Assembly (NCBI GenBank): GCA_040285745.1 | Contig: JAUFOR010000008.1 | Coordinates: forward strand, 62,001 to 126,000 | From: Barthelona sp. PCE | Taxonomy: Eukaryota | Direction of reading: 5' to 3' | Length of the DNA stretch: 64,000 nt | Shown: piece by piece, positions 19,025 through 28,157 of the stretch | Layout: each line of letters begins with the position of its first letter | How positions within the stretch are numbered: position 1 is the stretch's first letter | Translations under genes and position numbers: made by a program | The notes under the pieces: model-generated | Told to the model about the DNA's origin: nothing | Seen by the model: only the letters and a program-made list of their open reading frames with translations | The model's database searches: none

Positions 19025-20524
19025 ATGTCAAACGTGCCTAGAAACATTCAGGGGCGCCGCCAATTCGAGGACAATGCTCGCTTTTTTAACTCTGTTAACG
19101 CAGAGGACAGAAACTTGAGGTTTGTTGCTGATTGGGAAAACAAAGGTATTGAGCTTGAAAAGCGCGCCGCAGTCCAGCGCGAATACAACAGATTGAAGGA
19201 GCAAGAAGAAATGAATCTCGAACTCCGCAGAAAGAAACTCGCAAATCTCATTGAGCAGGAGAAGAACACCTGGATGGAGGCAATTTCTGCCCAGCAAACA
19301 TCTCCCGAAGAGCGCTTTGAAGAATTGAAACATAGAGCAGAAATTCTTAAACGTGAGAATATTGAGCATGATCGTAGAGAGGCAGAGAAATTGCGTTATG
19401 TCGCTTGGAAGGATGGCTGCGACGAGTTCCGTCAAGACCGTTCGAAGGTTATGGCACTTGAAATCGATGCCATGAGAAGATTACAAGAGGTTGAGAAGCA
19501 GGTTGATGATGTTCACCGTGCCCAACTTGAGTCATACTTAGAGCAGGTCATGGAGGAGGATTACCGTCGTAAGGTTGAGCGTGATGAAGCCGATCACAGA
19601 CGTCAAGTTGAACTCCGTGACGAACTCCGCCACAATCTTTTAAAACAGCAGCATGATAATAATGCACGCCGTCAGGAAGAGAAGAGGCTTGAGATGGAGA
19701 TTGAACGTCGTGTTGCTGAGCACCAACAGCGTAAATGGGACGAACAGGATGCCAGGGACATAGCAAATCTCAGGGCTGAACTTGAGGCTTACTATGACAC
19801 TGATCGATACGCACGCGCGCTTGCCGAGTACCGTAAGGCAGAGGCAGAGAAGGAGCGCCAACAGGATTTGGCTTATGTACAGCAACAAACACAGGAATAC
19901 GAGGAGCATCTTGAAAATGAGCGCCGTCAGAAGGAGTTTAAGCGCCGTTTTGCAATGTGGAACCATGAGCAGAACGCTCTTCTTCGTCAGAGAGAGAAGG
20001 AGAATGACGAGGAGATGGAATCCTTGCTCAAAGCATTTAATGATGAAGAAGATCGCAAACAACAGCTTAAGAAGCAGCGTGAAGAAGATGCACGTCGTCA
20101 ACTCCAACGCGAGTGCCTGGATTGGTGCGGAGAGCGTTTGGAGCAAGAATATCAGCACAAGCAATACGAGAAGCAACGTGAATATGATTATTACATGCAC
20201 ATTAAGCAGCAAGAGCAAGAGTTCAAGGACCAACAGAACCAAGAACATATGCAACGTCAGGAACAGGAACGTCTGTATAAAATCGATCTTCAAAAACAGG
20301 TTGATGAGAAGAACAGAATTAAAGCATTTGAAAAGGAACAAGAGCAGTTGGAGTACCAACTTGAGCAGCAAAAACGTCAGCTTGAGGAAAGGAAGCTCCA
20401 ATTTGAGCGTGATCTTCAACAACAGCGTTTACAACAAGCACAGCAAACTGTGATTAATGCAGACCGCGAAGCACAGATGCTCACACAACAGAACAAGAAC
20501 CTGCTCAGCACCAGACCTTGGTGA
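19025..20524 (+). CDS. CFAP53: Cilia/flagella-associated protein 53-like (TPH coiled coil)
   Basis: E/R/Q coiled coil; RRKKLANLIEQE and W..GCDEFR motifs. Confidence 0.7.
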   Translation: MSNVPRNIQGRRQFEDNARFFNSVNAEDRNLRFVADWENKGIELEKRAAVQREYNRLKEQEEMNLELRRKKLANLIEQEKNTWMEAISAQQTSPEERFEELKHRAEILKRENIEHDRREAEKLRYVAWKDGCDEFRQDRSKVMALEIDAMRRLQEVEKQVDDVHRAQLESYLEQVMEEDYRRKVERDEADHRRQVELRDELRHNLLKQQHDNNARRQEEKRLEMEIERRVAEHQQRKWDEQDARDIANLRAELEAYYDTDRYARALAEYRKAEAEKERQQDLAYVQQQTQEYEEHLENERRQKEFKRRFAMWNHEQNALLRQREKENDEEMESLLKAFNDEEDRKQQLKKQREEDARRQLQRECLDWCGERLEQEYQHKQYEKQREYDYYMHIKQQEQEFKDQQNQEHMQRQEQERLYKIDLQKQVDEKNRIKAFEKEQEQLEYQLEQQKRQLEERKLQFERDLQQQRLQQAQQTVINADREAQMLTQQNKNLLSTRPW

Positions 20525-20570
20525 TTAATTGTAAATTAAAGTTTTGATTCATATTTATTGACAGGTGCAT

Positions 20571-21544
20571 TTAAATGTTGTACATGACCGGTACGTTTTC
20601 TCCGGCGAAGACTTGTGCAGTCTTATGCTTGCGAATCATCTCCAATTCAAGGAAATCAACCATTTCCGTGCTTGTGAAATTAAGACGATCTTTTAGATCA
20701 TTAAATGCCTCAACACGAGCTAAATTCACTGTTTCAATTGCTGTAGCTTCAGCCTCTCTGGTAATCTTAAGTGACTCAGCATTGGCCTCAGCCTGAATAA
20801 CTTGAATTTCGGCAGTTGCATTTGCGTACTTCTCGCGAGTCTCGGCTTCAATAGCGGCAACCTGAAGTTCGTACAGACGTTTTTCAGCAACCTGTGCTGC
20901 GACTTGAGTAGCAACGATTTGGTCCTCAAATGAAGACTCGATATCGACATCACGCAACTGGAAATACAGAATCTCAATATAACCAGGATTGGCAAAGTGT
21001 TCTTGCAGTTCCTGCAGCATTACCTGTCCCACACCTGTTCTGTTGTTGAAAAACTGCGGAATTTCAAATGTATTTGAAACGGATTTGACGATAGTTTGGG
21101 CTTCACCTGCAATAACAGAGGCATAACCTTCTTTGTGGATCTTGTACATGTCTCCAATGGTGTTCTTGTTATACCTGTACTGGAAAGACACGTCCAGGAA
21201 TACAGTATTGATTGTATCACCGGAAAGAGCAGTTGTGGAAAGCCTATCAAGTTGAATAGTCTTTAAAGTTGAAGGGAAGGAGATGAAACTGACAAAGAAG
21301 CCAACAAAGTGGTTTCCAGCCTCATAAATACCATCCTCAGGAGAGATAGTTCCAGACAATGAGTTGTATCTAAGTGTGAGTTTATATAAAGTCAAATATG
21401 GGAACAATGCTTCGTACAATGTCCCTTTGATACATACTTGAAACAATATAGACCAAGTCCGCATATTTCGAGTGCAACAATGAAGTAGATAAGAACTAAC
21501 GCAACCAAAATCAAGCTGTAGATAACAATCTTTCGTGCAGCCAT
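20571..21544 (-). CDS. SPFH/Band 7 (prohibitin-like) membrane protein; two exons, 21544-21438 and 21369-20571
   Basis: Spliced N-terminal TM (MAARKIVIYSLILVALVLIYFIVAL) joined to SPFH domain (GNHFVG, LDVSFQYR, FQLRDV, AEA repeats). Confidence 0.82.
21370..21437 (-). other. Spliceosomal intron, 68 nt
   Basis: GTATGT...ACTCAC-ACTTAG; exon-1 frame reaches a TGA inside the intron, and splicing restores the frame (TTC AA|A TAC AAC). Confidence 0.85.
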
Positions 21545-21786
21545 TTAGAAGGGTTGAAAAAGGTGAAAAGGGTGAAAAATGAGATAACAAAATTTAATTT
21601 CATCGTATTTATTGAAGAGATACTTTATATTTGGTTAAGATGCGTATAGTTGAAAATAAAATGTATTAAACGGGACCAAATAGAGGAATAGCGTAGAGTA
21701 CATTCACCACCATTCTTCAGTTGAAATTCATTTCATTATGTTATGTATTCAAATAAAAATGATTCAAATTTACATAGTTAACCGTA

Positions 21787-22269
21787 CTAACTTTCGACTA
21801 CACCTTGCACTAAACGCATAAATAAATTATGAATATTTTGCTTTTCTTCATCGTTATTAAGGGATGTTGTGAGATTTTGAAATCGCTGTAGTTCTCCGGG
21901 CAACATAATCTGTATTGTATCTTCTTCTCTCTTGTGAACCATTACAACTACACATTTTCTATCTAAATGCTGGAAAGCGTTTAAATACTTTGTGTAACTC
22001 TCCTCTGGTCTTGAAGGGTCAAATACTATGATCAAACCCTCACAATCTCTTGAAAAACCAGGAAGAAGATGTTCGTTTGTATCGTTTGAGTCCCAGAGGG
22101 ATACTTTCAGCTGACCTGTACGCATAGGAACGGAAAATGACATAATGCGCACAATCTCTGTTGGTACATACTCATCTAACGATAGTGCGCTTTCATGTTT
22201 TGCTAAAAAGTTTGCGATGGTTGATTTCCCCGATTTCTCCAGGCCCACAATCACAATTTTTGTTGCCAT
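21787..22269 (-). CDS. IFT22: Intraflagellar transport small GTPase IFT22/RABL5
   Basis: KIVIVG..KSGKSTIANFL, YVPTEIVRI, SLWD; lacks canonical G4/G5. Confidence 0.78.
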   Translation of the reverse strand: MATKIVIVGLEKSGKSTIANFLAKHESALSLDEYVPTEIVRIMSFSVPMRTGQLKVSLWDSNDTNEHLLPGFSRDCEGLIIVFDPSRPEESYTKYLNAFQHLDRKCVVVMVHKREEDTIQIMLPGELQRFQNLTTSLNNDEEKQNIHNLFMRLVQGVVES

Positions 22270-22809
22270 CTCTGCAAAGAATGAATAAGTTGCTGTGTAA
22301 GGGTGCAATATTGAAAAACATTCAGTTTTAGCATTTGATGCATAACTACTTTTTGGTGGTTGTTTTGATGTGCTAACATGTTTAACATTTATTAACTGCG
22401 ACTAATTTGATATTTAAGGATTATATATACTGTTACAATTGTTTTTTTTTTATGGAATTAGTTTAAATCATGTAAAACCGATACAAATAGAAAATTTAAA
22501 TTCTAAAAGTCTCAGAAAATCGTAATATACGTCTGTTCAATTAAAGTAATGTAAGCAGGTTTTCTTCTTTACAATTTTTTAACACTTTTAAAGGAGAATT
22601 TGGTTTCATTATGAATATTATTCCTCTGGGAATTGTATTTATGTGATAATAAACTTTATAGTATTTGATTTATGAAATTTCACTGATTGTGGATTGTTTT
22701 ACTCAGATAATAACCAAATAGTTCCCCCGACCCTCTAAAGCGAACTAGATAACAAAGAATCTATATTTCTTATGTTATCACATTTATAACACATTTGTTC
22801 TCATTTGTG

Positions 22810-23787
22810 ATGGCATTATCAGTGGATGCTGTCGTACACCTAGCATCTGTAAGCAAAACATGGCTCAACAGACTGCAACCGACGTCAACCGACACGTCAT
22901 CTTCAAAAAAATCCCGCCATTCATTTTTTGCAGATCTTATTGTGGTTGAACAACAAGATGGATCACTCAAGTGCTCCGATTTCATTGCTAGATTTAGCAA
23001 AAAGCAAAGCAAACGATTAGCTCGCGGTAAAGTTGGAATCTTAGCCAAGATTAACGGCTATCTTGTGGATTGGAAACTACAGATAGATAAAGACGGGTAC
23101 ATAACGTTTGATGGACGTCCAGGTCCATCACAGGAAGAGCTTCAATCCTTGCATCTCACTCGCACCGTCAACGAGATCAGTTTGGGCACATCCATTCGCA
23201 ATTACATAGTAAGGGGTTACATATTCAAATATAATCATGATGCCAAAATTTTTATTAGTGACTTTGATGGTACAATCACAAAAGGTGATATATCTGGTTT
23301 TATTTTACCTAACCTGGGATTTAAGTGGTGTTACACACATGTTATTGATACGTTGCGGAATTTGGAAGAGAAGGGATATCAGATTTTTTATTTGAGCAGT
23401 CGAAGCGTTCACTTGATTAGTGGCACTCGAAGATATCTCAATAATATAGAAGCACCCATGGGGCCCATTATGCTCCAACAGCATTCTTTTCTGCGTTGTG
23501 TACGTTTTGAACTTGAGAAACAAGCTCTTTTTTATAAAATAAGCAGGTTGCTGGATTTAAGCAAGTTGTTCAATAACAACCCTTTTGCTGGCGGTGTAGG
23601 CAACAAAGAAAGCGATAGGTATGCGTATCAGGTCGTTGGAGTTCCAGAAGATCATATAGCGCTTGTTGATGAAGATTTTGAGTGCTTTCATAATATGAAT
23701 GTACTAGACTTATCTAAGATGGAGATTGAGGATTCGGTAGACCTCTGTATGGAAGATGTCATTGATTTAGAGTTCTATAATGAGTAG
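22810..23787 (+). CDS. Compact lipin/Pah1 phosphatidate phosphatase (N-LIP + LNS2)
   Basis: DLIVVEQQDGSLKCS..RF (N-LIP), ISDFDGTITK (HAD DxDxT), YLSSR, GNKESD. Confidence 0.85.
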   Translation: MALSVDAVVHLASVSKTWLNRLQPTSTDTSSSKKSRHSFFADLIVVEQQDGSLKCSDFIARFSKKQSKRLARGKVGILAKINGYLVDWKLQIDKDGYITFDGRPGPSQEELQSLHLTRTVNEISLGTSIRNYIVRGYIFKYNHDAKIFISDFDGTITKGDISGFILPNLGFKWCYTHVIDTLRNLEEKGYQIFYLSSRSVHLISGTRRYLNNIEAPMGPIMLQQHSFLRCVRFELEKQALFYKISRLLDLSKLFNNNPFAGGVGNKESDRYAYQVVGVPEDHIALVDEDFECFHNMNVLDLSKMEIEDSVDLCMEDVIDLEFYNE

Positions 23788-24050
23788 TTGAGAATAAATA
23801 AGCATTGTTTGACATTTTTCAATTTTCTTCCTTTTCTTATTCTAATCAAGCCCAAATGTGTATAATTAATAGGGCTACTGTGTTAATTTTGCTATACGTA
23901 ATGTTTTCATGTTCATTCGCTGCACTACCCTTCTATTCAGCAAGTTCTGTTCATCGTAATGCCTGTGGTTTTGGTGCTATCCTTGATCTGAACGGTGGAT
24001 CCGGTGATATCCAGCCAATCAGTAAGCTAATGGTTAATCTTACTTGTCAT

Positions 24051-24167
24051 TAGACTTTGCACAAACAGAATTTAAATGTCGGTCGAAGATAACTCGCGAT
24101 TAGCGAGTTGTCCAATCTTTACTAATAATAGTAAATATAAAGATGTTTACAAGTGAATGAGAAAACT
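24051..24167 (+). repeat. Left terminal inverted repeat (117 bp)
   Basis: tagactttgcacaaacag...gtgaatgagaaaact is the exact reverse complement of 28041-28157. Confidence 0.95.
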
Positions 24168-24227
24168 TCTATCAAAATTCTAAAGGGAGTTTCGCTTTTA
24201 TTACCCGTATTAGTCTTCTACAATTAC

Positions 24228-27200
24228 ATGATTGGTCTCAAACATAGTCAGGTGTGCATACAGAGGGAATCGATAGTTGAGGTTGAAAGAAAACCTAGAG
24301 ATTATAAAAACTCTTTGTATTTCACTATCCAGTACAGAACAAGAGATGGAACAGATGCAACTGAGCGTTTCATCATCAGCGACTGCTGTTTTGCAAGCAG
24401 GAAAAGCTTCACTTCCGAAAAATTTGGAGTTTTTGCACATTCATCCTCATGTGAGTTATTCAACTCCCATGCTAAGGGCAAAAGTCGGGTTAAGATGGAA
24501 ATAGGCAAATCACTGACCAAGAATCAAGCCCATATGGTTGGACTTTTCATTTTCACGGGAAAACCCTTCACTGATCATTTACCATTAGATGTTCAGGGAA
24601 AAATATTAGCCACTGCTCTTAATCACAAGTTGATACAAGAGTCATTCATTTCTAAGCAAGAAATTCGAGAGAAACTGAACATAAATGGATTTGATTACTC
24701 CACTATAAGAAAATGTTTAAAAGGCTTGCAAACAAAAGCCGGTGATAGAGATTTTATCACCAGCAAACAGTTTAGTGGAATGATGAACGAACAATTGTTT
24801 GAGTGGAACGATGATCATAGATACTGGGAATGTATAGATCCTAATGTCTTTCGTAATTCACTTTATCCAGGATATTTTGGAATTGACCATAGAAATATTC
24901 GAAATATAAGGGTGCATTTTCCAATGAATATCGATAACAGTGATATATTTGCTTACCATGGTCTTCGTTTGAAAGATAAAAGTTTGAATAGTATTAGCAA
25001 TCGATATGGTCGGAAATGGGCTTCATCTTTCACGCTTTTTCTGAGACACAACGCGTCTATGGTACATTCATTCGTTTTGAAGACATTAGTACATTCTCTT
25101 AAAAAACAAGCAGAGCTACAGGGTGGTGCCTGTTGCAGCTTTGAATATGACGTTTCCAGTGACAGTTACAGCGCTGCTCTCATTGTAATGAAGGTCCCAG
25201 AGCAATTAGTTATTGATTATATTGATGATCCTATTTATAACAGAGATACCAAAATGTTCTTTAATGACACACGCTCTACTAAAACAATGAATGACTACAT
25301 TATTAGTTTAAAAGGAAGGTTTGTGGTCTTTGACATTTTTGATGTGGAGTACAAAGATCTTAACGACCTTACAATTTACTCTGATGCATTAGATGAGGGA
25401 TACCGTAACCTCACAATGCCTTCAAGTATGAACAAGTATGGAAAACGGTCTCAAGACGTTGCATATCATATATTATCATCTTTTAAGCGAAAAGGAGTAA
25501 TTGAAGAATTTTCCATCATTGAGAAGGAATCTAGAGATGGTTGGGGTTTACACGAATGTATTGTTGACATGGGAGACTCCAACATCAAGATCGTTATTGG
25601 TACAGATAACGGTACGCCTGAACAGACAGCATGTCAGAAAATTGTTGATGCATGTACGTCAATATCACGTATGCCATGTGCCTGCCATGTGCTCAACAAG
25701 CTAATGAGCAAGACAGTTGGATTTGAAGTCTTTGAAAATGAAGGTTTATGTGATGGTGTAATAGAGGATATAAATTTGCTTAGTAGAGTAGATACTGAGA
25801 TAAATGTTGATATTTTCAATAATATTACAAGTACTGTTCCCTTCAGGAGGCTTCGCAAGAAACTTGAGTCAAGAACACTGTTCACTAACCGTTTACCAAC
25901 ACGTTCTCCTGCTGTTAGACTTTCATCAGTCGTGGATCTTGAGAAGACTAACATGAGATTCACCGGTTCTGTCAACACAATAGAGGATATTGATGATGAA
26001 ACTATTGAATCCGTTTGTATTCATGACAACTCTGATAACCCTGGGTTTAGGGATGAAGCACTTCTCTTTATCTTCGCGTACGTTTCATATTATGAGACGC
26101 AGTGCATCGAGTTTTTAGAGGGTAAAAACAAACCGAATTATTTGATGAATTTTGATATTTATCTTAACAACAAAGCGAATTTTGAGTCAAGAGGAGGAAG
26201 TCAACGTGAGCGTCCCACTGTTCAACAGGAGATACCCTTCTATGATGGGTTCACTCGTCATCTGAATTTGATGCCGTTGTATGAGTACTCCAATCTTATT
26301 AAAGAGCAGAAAAAATGTGTGCAAAAGTTCGCCAGCATTCAGTCTGTTATTGCAGTTGAGATCATGAGTGTCTTCTTTAAATACAATTCATTGTGGTGTA
26401 CGTATACAGGTAAAAGCTGTGTTCTTAAGCAAGTTCGTTGGAGCTCTTTGGAAACTATATATGAAGTGTTGTGTAGTGGACTCTATGTTGACATCCCCTT
26501 AACAGCCATGCCAGGCTTAAAAATAGCGATGAATTCAGATAATGTAGTAGTTGACATGTCGCATTTGGAAATCACTGAGGCTTTTTTAAATAGTGAATAT
26601 TTTCAAGATTTTGAGTTTAAGTTGCCGATTAAACGTATTTTTAAATCAACGAATAACCAATACGATGCCTCAACTCACTATCGACATTTTTTGTGTCCTT
26701 TCTATGAAGCCTTGAATAACGCAGACAATCAACCGCATGCGTTTTCTCTGGGAACTGATATGTGGAGCTTAAGCAAAGCTTACTTAACCGTTTTAAGACA
26801 ACTCATGCACATTCAAAAGCTTTGCAGCGATAATTCCACTTCTGCTTTACATGCTTATCATCAGATTGCAATGTTGTTGTTTTGCCTTCTTAGATATAAA
26901 TCCGAAGCTATTTATACGAAGAATTTATTGAAAATAGCATACTTTAAAGGGCTATTTGAGTACAATAGGCATTACTTGTGTAAGTTTTTTGTTATGCCGG
27001 AACCCTTGGTAGCATATCTCCTCTGCGGACATGAGCACGTGAAGATGAAAGATATTGTCTACCCCGAAGAACAAAGCAGAAAACCTCCCAAGAAGGGTAC
27101 TTTAAGTGAGGAATTGAGAGACTTGTGTCAAGACTTTAGCTATATAAGCGAGTTACTACCTAACATAAGGAAAGAGTATGTGTTTGTACGTTTAAAAGGT

Positions 27201-27893
27201 GTGATGATATATTCGTTTCTGCAAACAAAATTTAAAAAGCATTTTGTTGATGATCATTCACATGCACTTGTTGCTAATGAAATATCTGTATATAGAGAAA
27301 TAAGTAATCAGTTTATGCATCCTAAGTACTACAAAGGTTTAGTTGCTCACATTATTTCACTTCTTTGTACTAATTTTTACTCTGATTTTTCTTCCTGTAA
27401 TGAAGAACGTCAAAATTTGCAGGATGTGTTGAATGCTCAGAATAATGATAATCGTATTACACAATCCCCTTTAAGATCTCAAAATGAAGGAATTTTGGCT
27501 GAAATACTATCCCCTTACGATATCCCACCACCTTATGCAAATGAACCGCCTGTTTCAGCCGCAAGATCATCATCATATGAGTTCAATTTTGATGATCAGA
27601 GTTTGCGTGAGAGGGATATTCGCTCGGCGCTGATTTATGGTTGCCAACATGAAGATGTGGTTGGTTTGAGTGTGATTCAAGAGATTGTCAACAAGTACAA
27701 GACGGTTCCTGCAAGCAACGCATGTGTTGAGCGTGGATTTTCGGTGTTAAAGACTGCACATACATGCAAACAAAAATTGCTTACCACCCAATTGCGATTT
27801 GACTGGTTTTTATACCATGAAGTAGGTGCAGTTGCAGCACTAACAATTGAGGATATTGAGAAAGCCATGAATATAGAAAGGGAAGCTGAATAA
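24228..27893 (+). CDS. Large hAT-family DDE transposase (~1,220 aa from first ATG)
   Basis: IGTDNG (second catalytic Asp), PCACHVLN (CxxH), VRWSS, and VPASNACVERGFS (catalytic Glu, hATC domain); the ORF track starts at a GTG inside the TIR. Confidence 0.88.
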   Translation: MIGLKHSQVCIQRESIVEVERKPRDYKNSLYFTIQYRTRDGTDATERFIISDCCFASRKSFTSEKFGVFAHSSSCELFNSHAKGKSRVKMEIGKSLTKNQAHMVGLFIFTGKPFTDHLPLDVQGKILATALNHKLIQESFISKQEIREKLNINGFDYSTIRKCLKGLQTKAGDRDFITSKQFSGMMNEQLFEWNDDHRYWECIDPNVFRNSLYPGYFGIDHRNIRNIRVHFPMNIDNSDIFAYHGLRLKDKSLNSISNRYGRKWASSFTLFLRHNASMVHSFVLKTLVHSLKKQAELQGGACCSFEYDVSSDSYSAALIVMKVPEQLVIDYIDDPIYNRDTKMFFNDTRSTKTMNDYIISLKGRFVVFDIFDVEYKDLNDLTIYSDALDEGYRNLTMPSSMNKYGKRSQDVAYHILSSFKRKGVIEEFSIIEKESRDGWGLHECIVDMGDSNIKIVIGTDNGTPEQTACQKIVDACTSISRMPCACHVLNKLMSKTVGFEVFENEGLCDGVIEDINLLSRVDTEINVDIFNNITSTVPFRRLRKKLESRTLFTNRLPTRSPAVRLSSVVDLEKTNMRFTGSVNTIEDIDDETIESVCIHDNSDNPGFRDEALLFIFAYVSYYETQCIEFLEGKNKPNYLMNFDIYLNNKANFESRGGSQRERPTVQQEIPFYDGFTRHLNLMPLYEYSNLIKEQKKCVQKFASIQSVIAVEIMSVFFKYNSLWCTYTGKSCVLKQVRWSSLETIYEVLCSGLYVDIPLTAMPGLKIAMNSDNVVVDMSHLEITEAFLNSEYFQDFEFKLPIKRIFKSTNNQYDASTHYRHFLCPFYEALNNADNQPHAFSLGTDMWSLSKAYLTVLRQLMHIQKLCSDNSTSALHAYHQIAMLLFCLLRYKSEAIYTKNLLKIAYFKGLFEYNRHYLCKFFVMPEPLVAYLLCGHEHVKMKDIVYPEEQSRKPPKKGTLSEELRDLCQDFSYISELLPNIRKEYVFVRLKGVMIYSFLQTKFKKHFVDDHSHALVANEISVYREISNQFMHPKYYKGLVAHIISLLCTNFYSDFSSCNEERQNLQDVLNAQNNDNRITQSPLRSQNEGILAEILSPYDIPPPYANEPPVSAARSSSYEFNFDDQSLRERDIRSALIYGCQHEDVVGLSVIQEIVNKYKTVPASNACVERGFSVLKTAHTCKQKLLTTQLRFDWFLYHEVGAVAALTIEDIEKAMNIEREAE

Positions 27894-28040
27894 GTAGTAT
27901 GAGGAAAACTTCATTGTTTCACAGAATAAGTATGATTGTTCACCTCAATGTTGACTGTTCTTGTTCGTTATGAGGTTTATTTAATAAAAAAAAGAAGTTT
28001 GTTAAACTAATGTTGGGGAAAAATTCACAAAAAAGTTGGT

Positions 28041-28157
28041 AGTTTTCTCATTCACTTGTAAACATCTTTATATTTACTATTATTAGTAAAGATTGGACAA
28101 CTCGCTAATCGCGAGTTATCTTCGACCGACATTTAAATTCTGTTTGTGCAAAGTCTA
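28041..28157 (-). repeat. Right terminal inverted repeat (117 bp)
   Basis: Perfect reverse complement of 24051-24167. Confidence 0.95.

Larger units (their letters stand above)
24051..28157 (+). mobile_element. Autonomous hAT-superfamily DNA transposon, 4,107 bp
   Basis: 8-bp TSD cttgtcat (24043-24050 and 28158-28165); termini TAG...CTA; 117-bp perfect TIRs; single intact transposase ORF. Confidence 0.95.

Noticed and set aside
19640-20422. 260-aa Leu-rich antisense ORF (and the many other short overlapping ORFs in the track)
   Set aside because: Shadow of the E/Q/K-rich codons of the sense gene; no independent motifs
24046-28153. Splicing from the GT in the left TSD to the AAG at the element's extreme right end
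   Set aside because: The product is out of frame by one base and the donor (GTCATT) is poor
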